In this document: piece by piece, positions 39,656 to 49,000 of the stretch
Layout of the letters: each line of letters begins with the position of its first letter
Numbering within the stretch: position 1 is the stretch's first letter
NCBI GenBank assembly: GCA_965228855.1
Contig: CBDDIJ010000005.1
Location: 608,001 to 672,000 of the forward strand
Origin: Candidatus Obscuribacterales bacterium
GTDB lineage: Bacteria; Cyanobacteriota; Vampirovibrionia; Obscuribacterales; Obscuribacteraceae
Direction of reading: 5' to 3'
DNA: 64,000 nt
The notes under the pieces: generated by a model
Database searches by the model: none
What the model was told of the DNA's origin: nothing
Seen by the model: the letters and a program-made list of their open reading frames with translations, nothing else
Translations under genes and position numbers: made by a program

Positions 39656-41914
39656 ATGGCTTCCGTTGAGAAACAACCGCAACAGGATTCAACCGACCAA
39701 AAGGCCGGTTCATCCAATGCGCTCGAGCAGTCGCAAGCGAACGTATCGCGGTCCATGTACGACGAAGTCAGACAAAGCGGCCCCGAGAGAAAGGAGCAAG
39801 ACGGAAGCGTAGACGCAAACGAGAGACAAACCGAGGGCGAGGGCGGGGGCGAGAACGCTAACGATAAACCGGAGTCGGCTTCAGAATTGATGCTGGACGA
39901 AATCTGGAAGTCGACCTCGGACACGGTTCAAAGCGTGTCCAAGATGCTAAGCAAGGGAATCTCGCCAGCAATAGCGGAAAAATTTGGAGCACTGTCCTTT
40001 TTCGACAGTAACGAACCTGGCGGCGAGTCCGGTCTGGAAGCGGCAACACAACAAGCAGAACAAGTTGATAGAAGCGCCCTGGAATCGAAACCCGAATCGA
40101 ACGGTTCCGGACCGAAGAACTTGGAAACGAGCGCTTCTGACTACGGGCTGGGCGAGGCGCTTTCGGACCTGGGTGACTGGGCATCGAAGGCATTCAATGA
40201 TTACGTCGCAGAACCTTTAAATGATTACTTGAACATCTCTGACATTTTCGGCTCGGCAAGCGAGTGGAGCTTCGATCGGTCGGATCTGATTCCGCGCAAT
40301 CAGGTGGACGAGAACCTGAGGTCGCTCAATGATTCAGCTAGAAATGAATTCGGCGACGTAGAGAAAGAGATAAACAGAGCAGACAAACTCGATCTGGAGG
40401 GTGCCACCGATAGCGGTACCACAAATGCGGGCAGCAGCGGTCTGGAGCTGCCAGGAGACGCTTACGCTGACGGATCAGTAGAGATTGGCGGCAGCATGGT
40501 TACAGTGATGAGAACGCCCGGCGGCGACACGTTCCTCAAAAAGGGCGATGAAGTAATTGCGCAGCAACGTGACGACGGCTCCTACAACCTTGCGCTAAAG
40601 GACGGTTCCACACTCGATCTTAAAATGTCCAGAGGGGATGACGGCAAATATAGTTTAGACAAGATGGAACGTTTCGATGCCGATGGCAAGTTGATGCAAA
40701 AGCTGGACGATGGCGTTTTCTTCAACTACAACTACGATGCGCAGGGTAACAAAACCAGCGTGAATGCGGCGGCCGACCTTGAAGGTCCGCTGTCACAAGA
40801 GAAGCTGGACAAGATACGAACAGAGCTCGGAGACCGGGGAGCTGCCGCTCTCCGCGTGCAAAACGGCGACGGCACCACAAACCAATTATTGCTTCAATCG
40901 CACGACAGCAAGACACATTCCTTGACGGACGTGGATAAACAGAACGCCCAGATTTTCCACGACGGAAAAGAATATAGATTGAATGCTGCTGACCAACTGG
41001 CACTTGTAGGAGCAGATGGAAAGGAGCAGGAAGTTCCGAGCGAGATCGACGAAGCGCGGCAGAAAGTGCAAGAGCATTTAAAGGAACTCTATAAACAGCT
41101 TGGCGAGCGCGCAAGAGGAGAACGCGTTGAAGTAGACGGCGTTGGCGTAAGAAAAAACGACGACGGCTCGTTCGACATCGCGATGACCGACCCGATCACC
41201 GGCAAAGAGGAAGGTCACATTATTCTTCCTGCAGACAAGAGCGACGATCTACAGTTAATAAAGCCCGATGGCGAGAAAGCGATTATTAAACGAGAAGGCG
41301 GTTTAAGCATCGACGGCGGAGATGGAAAGACACTCGTAGATTTTAATCCCAATTCTGGCTTGAAAACGGATCAGTTCAATCTCGATGGAAGCGGATTGAA
41401 AAGCTTGGAAGATGGCACTCTGTTGAAACCAGACGGAACGCTGACAGACGCCGACGGAAATACAATCAGCAGTGTCGGCGACGAAGAATCAGAGTGGTGG
41501 AATAAACCGGAGTGTGCCGATTGCGAAGAGCAAAAAGAAAACAGCAGCATCTCACAAGCTACGACAAGTGAGGTAAATACTCTAGGGAGTATCTCGCTTT
41601 CCATCTCACGAAGCGGCAGCCCTGCAGCGATAACTGTCGCTAAATCGATAGCATCGGAAGCTTTTGGCGTAGCGAATGCTGCTCTCAGCGCTCTCGGCAA
41701 CGACCTCCTGAACTCAATTCCGATTCAGCTATCGCTCAGCATTGCACAAACAGCTTTTAGTCAGGCAGAACGCTCCGAAAGAACCACAACCTACGCTTCG
41801 CGAGCTGGAATCTCGGATGCGACTAGACTTGCTGATCTGAACAAAATTGGAACTCTCTCGTCCACGACCTTCAGCCCGGAAGAGTTCGTTCGCGATCGCA
41901 TGAAGGCTGCGTAG
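39656..41914 (+). CDS. Large acidic hypothetical protein with DG-rich beta-hairpin region, CxxC motif and helical C-terminus
   Basis: SD GAGGA before ATG 39656; many xDGx turns; ECADCE; no signal peptide. Confidence 0.75.
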   Translation: MASVEKQPQQDSTDQKAGSSNALEQSQANVSRSMYDEVRQSGPERKEQDGSVDANERQTEGEGGGENANDKPESASELMLDEIWKSTSDTVQSVSKMLSKGISPAIAEKFGALSFFDSNEPGGESGLEAATQQAEQVDRSALESKPESNGSGPKNLETSASDYGLGEALSDLGDWASKAFNDYVAEPLNDYLNISDIFGSASEWSFDRSDLIPRNQVDENLRSLNDSARNEFGDVEKEINRADKLDLEGATDSGTTNAGSSGLELPGDAYADGSVEIGGSMVTVMRTPGGDTFLKKGDEVIAQQRDDGSYNLALKDGSTLDLKMSRGDDGKYSLDKMERFDADGKLMQKLDDGVFFNYNYDAQGNKTSVNAAADLEGPLSQEKLDKIRTELGDRGAAALRVQNGDGTTNQLLLQSHDSKTHSLTDVDKQNAQIFHDGKEYRLNAADQLALVGADGKEQEVPSEIDEARQKVQEHLKELYKQLGERARGERVEVDGVGVRKNDDGSFDIAMTDPITGKEEGHIILPADKSDDLQLIKPDGEKAIIKREGGLSIDGGDGKTLVDFNPNSGLKTDQFNLDGSGLKSLEDGTLLKPDGTLTDADGNTISSVGDEESEWWNKPECADCEEQKENSSISQATTSEVNTLGSISLSISRSGSPAAITVAKSIASEAFGVANAALSALGNDLLNSIPIQLSLSIAQTAFSQAERSERTTTYASRAGISDATRLADLNKIGTLSSTTFSPEEFVRDRMKAA

Positions 41915-42054
41915 CCCGTCAGGGCATCGAGACATCTCTTGACTATTTTTGTCCAAAAACCGCATGGGACGACACCTTTTCGGTTTAATCACCGCCGTCA
42001 TGAAACTGTGCTAATTTAAATCCTTCATGATTTCGAATTTGCGACGGTGAGAAG

Positions 42055-42675
42055 ATGGATTCCAACGAAAAGAAAGATTGGACAAAGAAGAGTGTCAGCC
42101 GCAGGACCTTTTTAACGCACATGGGGCTCGCCGGCGCTGCAGCCGCAGCTGGAAATCTTCCTGCAAAAGCAGAAGAGGAAGGAGAACCGGAGAAAGCGTC
42201 TGTGATACCGGGAGCGATACCATTAAGTTTCGTAGTCAACAAACAGCGTCAAGATTTGAAAGTCGATCCCCGAACTACTCTGCTCGATTGCCTGCGTGAG
42301 AACCTGAATATAACGGGAACAAAAAAAGGTTGTGATCATGGTCAATGTGGCGCCTGCACAGTGCACCTTGACGGACGCCGCATCAATTCGTGCCTGACTC
42401 TGGCGATTATGTGCCAGGGCCAGGAGGTCACCACTATCGACGGACTCGGGACCCCTGAGAAGCTTCATCCCATGCAAAAGGCATTCGTGGACTGCGATGC
42501 TTACCAATGCGGTTACTGCACTTCCGGTCAAATTATGTCCGCAACCGCGCTCTTGAAAGAGGGCTGTGGAAAATCAGACGCCGATATTAGAGAAGCTATG
42601 AGCGGAAACATCTGCAGGTGCGGCGCATATCAAAATATTCTGGCAGCGATTAAACAAGTTCGTGACGCTGGTTAG
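42055..42675 (+). CDS. paoA: Aldehyde oxidoreductase 2Fe-2S subunit with Tat signal
   Basis: SRRTFL; GTKKGCDHGQCGACTV; QCGYCTSGQ; NICRCGAY. Confidence 0.92.
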   Translation: MDSNEKKDWTKKSVSRRTFLTHMGLAGAAAAAGNLPAKAEEEGEPEKASVIPGAIPLSFVVNKQRQDLKVDPRTTLLDCLRENLNITGTKKGCDHGQCGACTVHLDGRRINSCLTLAIMCQGQEVTTIDGLGTPEKLHPMQKAFVDCDAYQCGYCTSGQIMSATALLKEGCGKSDADIREAMSGNICRCGAYQNILAAIKQVRDAG

Positions 42676-42692
42676 ATTGGGAGCTATTTACT

Positions 42693-43694
42693 TTGAAAAC
42701 CTTTGATTACGCAAAACCCAATAACTTGAGCAGCGCACTCAAGGACGCGCCAACCTCCGATAAGTTAGATGTTCCAAACTTCAGGTTCATCGCCGGCGGT
42801 ACCACTCTGGTTGACCTTATGAAGTTAAACGTTGAAGTACCGTCAACTTTGATGGACATTACAGGACTTCCCCTGGACAAGATTGAAACGACCAAGCAGG
42901 GCGGTCTCAAGATCGGTGCCCTGGTGCGCAACTCAGACTTAGCCAATCACCCCTATGTGAAAACGCACTATTCCGCCCTGTCGGAGGCAATCCTTGCCGG
43001 AGCCTCCACGCAGCTGCGTAATCGTGCCACCACTGGTGGTAACCTACTTCAGCGGACGAGATGTTCCTACTTCAGAGATCCGGCATATGCTTGCAACAAG
43101 CGCGAGCCGGGTTCAGGCTGTCCCGCAATCGAGGGTGAGCATAGAAATCTTGCCATTATGGGAACGAGTGAGCACTGCGTGGCAAGCAACCCATCAGATA
43201 TGAACGTTGCGCTTATGGCACTTGACGCAAAAATTGAAATCGAGAGTAAATCAGGAAAGCGCGTCGTTGCAATTACCGAGTTCTACAAAGAGCCCGGAGA
43301 GACACCACATATTGAAACGGTTTTGCAACCGGGGGAGCTCATAACTTATGTGCACATCGAGCCGCTTCCGGCTGGAACAATTTCACAGTATTTGAAACTG
43401 CGAGATCGAGCATCATATGAATTCGCACTCGCATCCGCAGCTGTTTTTGTTCAAATGAACGGCAACAAAATCAATTTCTTGAGGGTCGCGATGGGCGGCA
43501 TTGGAACAAAACCCTGGAGAGCCGGAGAAGTTGAGAAGGCACTAGAAGGCAAAAATGCAGATACCGGCGCTTTCGCTGCAGCCACAGAGAAGCTGCTTAG
43601 CAGCGCGAAACCGCTCAGAGACAACAAATTCAAAGTCGAATTAGCGAAACGTTGCCTCATCCATTCCTTAAACACAGCGACGTCTCAAGCATAA
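42693..43694 (+). CDS. paoB: Aldehyde oxidoreductase FAD subunit with 4Fe-4S Cys insert
   Basis: IAGGTTLVDLMK; ATTGGNLLQRTRCSYFRD...CNKREPGSGC...HC; RDRASYEFAL. Confidence 0.92.
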   Translation: MKTFDYAKPNNLSSALKDAPTSDKLDVPNFRFIAGGTTLVDLMKLNVEVPSTLMDITGLPLDKIETTKQGGLKIGALVRNSDLANHPYVKTHYSALSEAILAGASTQLRNRATTGGNLLQRTRCSYFRDPAYACNKREPGSGCPAIEGEHRNLAIMGTSEHCVASNPSDMNVALMALDAKIEIESKSGKRVVAITEFYKEPGETPHIETVLQPGELITYVHIEPLPAGTISQYLKLRDRASYEFALASAAVFVQMNGNKINFLRVAMGGIGTKPWRAGEVEKALEGKNADTGAFAAATEKLLSSAKPLRDNKFKVELAKRCLIHSLNTATSQA

Positions 43695-43706
43695 GGTAAA
43701 ATCGAC

Positions 43707-45941
43707 GTGAGTATCGAAACTGAAAAAGATATCAAAACAGTAGTAGGCAAACCGACCAATCGCATTGACGGACCGCTCAAGGTTACCGGCGCCGCAAAGT
43801 ACGCCTCGGACCATCAATTTCCGGGAATGGTCTACGCGGTCGCAGTGGGTGCCACCATATCCAATGGCACAATCAAATCCATTGATACATCACGCGCTCA
43901 AAAAATGCCCGGAGTAATCGCGATTTATCATAAGGAGAATTTACCTAAGATCTATCGCATCGCACCGTTAAAAGACGTCCAGCTCATCACAGACGAAGCG
44001 CGCCCGGCGCTATCGGATAATGTGATCCGCTATTACGGTCAGTACGTCGCGGTGGCCGTCGCCCAGACCTACGAACAAGCCGTTGCTGCGGCAGACGCAG
44101 TAGTGGTGTCTTACGATGCAAAAACACCAAGCGTCGATTCAAATTTGCTTGCCGATGGCAAATTCAAAGTCGAACACGAGCGGGGTGATGCTGACGCTGC
44201 ATACAAATCGGCCAAACACAAATTCGACGAAACCTACAGGCAGAAAGCTGAATTTCACTCAGCTATTGAATTACATGCATCGATCGCTACATTCGACGGA
44301 ACTAATTTCACACTTTACGAAACGACTCAGGCCGTAGTTAATTTTAGAAACGTGCTGGCACAATACCTCGGAGTCGAACAGGATAACGTTCGCGTCGTTA
44401 CGAAATTCCTTGGCTCCGGATTTGGTGGCAAGCTGTGGCCGTGGTCGCAAAGCGCATTGGCAGCCACAATTGCGCGCGAGCTGAGAAAACCGGTTAAGTT
44501 AGTTCTGTCGCGCAAACAAGTTTTTCATGCCGCCGGTCATCGTCCTGCGATCGAACAGCGCATTCGTCTGAGTGCGGATGACAACGGTCGACTGTCTTCG
44601 CTTCAACACGACTTCGCAAACCATGACTCCATTCTCGACGAATACAAAGAAGGTTGCGGCGAAGCTACAAAATACTTCTATAGCTGTCCCAACGTTGTGA
44701 TTCGTTCGGCAATAGTGAAGAGAAATGTTGGAAATCCAACGTCCATGCGTGGACCTGGAGCCGTTCCCGGACTCTGGGCGACCGAGTCGGCGCTTGACGA
44801 ACTGGCAGTTAAGTTAAACATGGACCCGATTGAACTTCGCAGAATAAATGAACCGAAGCATGACGAAGGGTTAGACATTCCTTTTGCAACGCGGGAGTTA
44901 TTAGAGTGTTATAGAATCGGCGCCGAAAAATTCGGATGGAAAGACAGAAATGCGACCGTCGGATCAATGAAAAAGGACGGGCTAGTACTTGGGTGGGGAA
45001 CAGCCGGCGCAGGCTGGATTGCAGAACGAGTTCCAGCGGAGGTGACGGTTGAACTGATAGATGATGGCTCGATCAAAGTTGCCTGCGGAACGCAAGATAT
45101 TGGAACAGGAACCTACACTGTTTTTGGCCAGATGGCTGCAGAAGAGCTGCGCGTTCCACTCGACAGAATAGATGTGGTGATTGGAGACTCCGCACTTCCT
45201 CCCGGTCCATTCTCCGGCGGCTCAATGGCAACAGGTTCGCTCGTACCTGCGCTCTGCGAAGCAGCAAAGAAAGCAACGCAATCACTGCTGGCAGCAGCTT
45301 CGCAAGCACAAGAATCCCCGTTCAAGGATGTTGACGTAAAAGAGCTTGAGTTTAATAACGGCAAAATTTACAGAAGGAACGGTTCCGAATCCGACGGGAT
45401 CGACTTCCAAAAGCTAATGCAACAAGCGGGCTTCAAGCTCATCTCAGGGAAGGGCAAGTCAGCCGGCACTTTCGGTAATAAAGAAGACGCAAAAGTGTCG
45501 AGACACGCATACGGTGCTCAATTTGTTGAAGTAACCTGGCAAAGAGAGACAGCCAGACTGCGCGTATCGAGAGTAGTTTCCGTGATCGATAGCGGACGAA
45601 TCATCAACCCTAAATCCGCTCGCAATCAAATTGAGGGAGCAATCGTGATGGGAATCGGCATGGCGCTCTTCGAAGGAGGGCACTATGAGCCGATGAAAGG
45701 CGCTCCACTCAACAGTAACTTCGCCGAATATATTCTGCCGGTCCACGCGGACATGCCGCACATTGACGTGCACTTTTTGGAAACGCCCAACAAGGAATTA
45801 AACAGCTACGGTGCAAAAGGAGTCGGAGAGATCGGTTTGGCAGGCATCGCTCCAGCAATTGCAAATGCGGTCTACCATGCCACCGGAATACGAGTCCGCG
45901 ATTTGCCGATTCGCATTGAAGATTTGCTGACAAGCAATTGA
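43707..45941 (+). CDS. paoC: Aldehyde oxidoreductase molybdopterin subunit (xanthine oxidase family)
   Basis: RIDGPLKVTGAAKYA, GSGFGGK, MRGPG, QDIGTGTYT, AKGVGEIG, ATGIRVRDLPI. Confidence 0.92.
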   Translation: MSIETEKDIKTVVGKPTNRIDGPLKVTGAAKYASDHQFPGMVYAVAVGATISNGTIKSIDTSRAQKMPGVIAIYHKENLPKIYRIAPLKDVQLITDEARPALSDNVIRYYGQYVAVAVAQTYEQAVAAADAVVVSYDAKTPSVDSNLLADGKFKVEHERGDADAAYKSAKHKFDETYRQKAEFHSAIELHASIATFDGTNFTLYETTQAVVNFRNVLAQYLGVEQDNVRVVTKFLGSGFGGKLWPWSQSALAATIARELRKPVKLVLSRKQVFHAAGHRPAIEQRIRLSADDNGRLSSLQHDFANHDSILDEYKEGCGEATKYFYSCPNVVIRSAIVKRNVGNPTSMRGPGAVPGLWATESALDELAVKLNMDPIELRRINEPKHDEGLDIPFATRELLECYRIGAEKFGWKDRNATVGSMKKDGLVLGWGTAGAGWIAERVPAEVTVELIDDGSIKVACGTQDIGTGTYTVFGQMAAEELRVPLDRIDVVIGDSALPPGPFSGGSMATGSLVPALCEAAKKATQSLLAAASQAQESPFKDVDVKELEFNNGKIYRRNGSESDGIDFQKLMQQAGFKLISGKGKSAGTFGNKEDAKVSRHAYGAQFVEVTWQRETARLRVSRVVSVIDSGRIINPKSARNQIEGAIVMGIGMALFEGGHYEPMKGAPLNSNFAEYILPVHADMPHIDVHFLETPNKELNSYGAKGVGEIGLAGIAPAIANAVYHATGIRVRDLPIRIEDLLTSN

Positions 45942-45972
45942 AGCTAAGAGCGTCAACAAAAATAGCTTTGAA

Positions 45973-46008
45973 GAAAGAGGCGCGGACCGTAATCCGCGCC
46001 TTTCGTTT
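45973..46008. terminator. Bidirectional terminator between paoC and the giant-protein gene
   Basis: AGGCGCGGA-ccgtaa-TCCGCGCCT flanked by A-rich and T-rich sequence. Confidence 0.8.
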
Positions 46009-46047
46009 ACTTTATTTCGAAACGCCGGGATGTTTCTCCCGCCCTTC

Positions 46048-49000
46048 CTACCATTGGAGGGCTACGGTTCTCGGCTTTGTGTGCAGTTCGTAGGCAGGAC
46101 CGTTTGAAGTCATCTGCATGATCACTGCAGTTGTTTTCAGAACGCCGGCGCGAACCTTCCGCGCTTCGCGGTGCTGCGATTGCACGATTGCGGCCAGCGG
46201 TTTGATCGCCTGAATGGCAGACGGAACGGAGAATTCACTGGTGAATGCTTTGTGCCCGTTGCCCAGATCATGGTGAGCCAAACCGCGGTGCATGACGGCT
46301 TCCACCGGATTGATTTCCGCGAACTGTTGGACGCTCGAATGCGTGACGATCGCATGCTTTCCAGGTGAGAGCGGAATGCTTCTGCCGCCGGCTTCGATCA
46401 CGACGCTGCGTTTGTGCTGATCATTAACGTCGTAAACCGATAAGTGATTTTGATCGACAACGACCATCGCCACTGAATCAGCAGCAATCTTAACTCGTCC
46501 CTTGGGTGTCACAACCGTGGTATCGGTTTTCGGCACAAAGAGAACGCTACCACTATCCATCGTGACGCACTGATTGTGCGAAACCTTGCTCAGAGAGCTC
46601 ATCAGGCTGTCACCGGATAGCTCGAGGTCGCTGCAGAGTTTGGCATCGACTATCGTAGCCGTCGGTTCCGAAGTCGACATATAGGAATCATCATGGCCGG
46701 GACCACCCGAAGGCACCGTCGCCAGGGTGACACCGCTAGCGGTGCTGGTCAATGAGGCAAGGCTATCTCCGCCGCTGAACGTTCCGGTGGCATTATTCAA
46801 CGAGATCAATTGCATCGCTCGCATCTCATTATTCACTGAGAAAGTCGCGACTGGATTCGTGATTGCGATCGGCGACATCGTCACCGAACCATCCAGTGAA
46901 TTCGTGGACAGGTCGTTAAGGGCATTGAGCGTACCGGCTGCGGAACCGGCATTGCCGAAGGTCCGGATTGTCATCGGTGTTCCTTCTGCTACCGGCGGAT
47001 CTGCAGTGATGATGTTATTGCCTTCGAAGACTATTGATTTCGGATTGAAGGTACTGACGTAAACATCAGCGCCCTGTGCGGTGAACACAATACCTCCGGA
47101 AACGGCTTGAGCCTTCTTGCCGCCGAAGAGAACGCTACCGCCGTTTTCAACGATGGTCACGAACTTCTTAGGTGTAGGCGTCTTACGACCTGGTGACTGT
47201 GGTGCGCCGAGTACGATGTTGATGTTTCCGAGACCTGGAGTCTTGGCGTTGGTGAGAACTGAAGAACCATTTCCGAAAACGATGCTATCGCGTTTCTTCG
47301 TTGAACCAAGCATCGTGATGTCGATCTGGTCGTGAGCCAAGATTGTGATGCCATCTGCGATGTCGAGAGTGTCTTGAGTCGCGGTGACAGCGAAGGCACC
47401 ACCAGTCGAGGTGATGTTCTGGGTCAGATTCAAACCACCGTTTGCTGTCAGATTGATGTCACCAGCTGCAGTGATGGCAACGAAGTTCACACCGGCAGTC
47501 GATGCGCTGGAGACAAAGAATCCATTACCCGCCGAGCCACCGATTGAAGAAACATTCGCCGCTACAAGGAATGGATTATTGGCGTCCGTTCCAACATTTC
47601 CACTGACCGAGTTCAACAACAAAGTCGGTGTATTCAGCGTTCCGGTGATGTTGGTCAGGTCACCGTCCGTGGTGAGTGAAACGCTGGTAGTTCCATTAAT
47701 CGTGCTGGTCAGGTCGAACGCTCCACCGGTGGCTAATGCGACAACCTGAGCGCTGTAGTCACCTCCGGAGACGAGATCGCCTGCGGTCGAAACATCAAGA
47801 GTGTTTGTCGCGCTGCTGGCGTTCAAAGTCGAGGCTAATGTGTTGGTGTTGTTCACAAACACATTTTGACCTTCGACCTGGAAAGTGTTCGCGTTGATTT
47901 GCAGTCTGTTCGCGGCATCGACGCCGAGTGACGCGTTGGTATCGAGAACCACGATATCGCCGTTTATGACACCTGCACCGGAGCTGGTCACACCGTCGTC
48001 TGCAAAGACATTACTCGTACCGGTTGCGCCAATCGAGTTACTGACAGCTACAGTTCCATCAGCGACATTAATAGACAACGTACCAACAGTGAAGTCAGAA
48101 TCAGTTGTCACAGCGCCACTGGTGACGTTGACATTCAATACATCCACGCCTTGCGAGCTGAGGATCAAGTCGTTAGCTTCGTTGATAGTCAGGGTCACGG
48201 CGTTGGCGGTGGTGGACAGGCGGTCGACGTTCGTGCTCAGGGTCACCGGACCGGTGGCGAAATCGAGGAAGAGCGTTCCGCCCTGTAGGGTGCCTGCAGT
48301 CTGCGTGATTGTTCCAGCCGAGCTGAGCTCAACATAGTTGCTACCTCCGACGCTGGCGTTGAGAACGATATCGCCGGCGGTGGTCGTCAATTCGACAATG
48401 CCTATGTTGAAAGCGCTCGTCGCCACAAGCGAGCCACCTGAGCTCACAACCAGGGACAAGTCCGAGCCAGTTATTGCGCCAAGGTTGAGGGCGTCAACAT
48501 CAGATACATCGACGGTACCCAGTCCACTGCTAGAGGCGTTGAGAGTAGCGACAGCCGTGCTGCCGAGAGTCGCCACGCCGTCGCCGACATTGACAGTCAG
48601 ATTGTTGGCGCTTATCAGTCCTGGAGTCTGGCTGATCACATCGGTCGCTCCCAGCGCACCTGTGAGCACGACATTAGCCAGTCCGGCGTCAATCGTGGTG
48701 ACAATCAAGTCGCCAGCAGTCTGGGCGCCGACTCCGAAACTACCAGAGAGCAATACGCCATTCTGGACAGTGATTGGTCCTCCTACGATTGTCGGAGTCG
48801 CGACCGCCATGTTGACGTTTCCACTGGCGGTTCCACCGACAGTATTGATGGAGCCGACGGTGATCCCGCCCGGTCCGGTGATGTTGACATTGCCACCATT
48901 CACTGCGCCCGTGGTGTTGATCGTGTGAAGCACGATAGAGCCATCGTTCAGCGTGCCTGCGTTGGCGACAGCAGTGAAATTACCGCCGCTGCCAGCCCCG

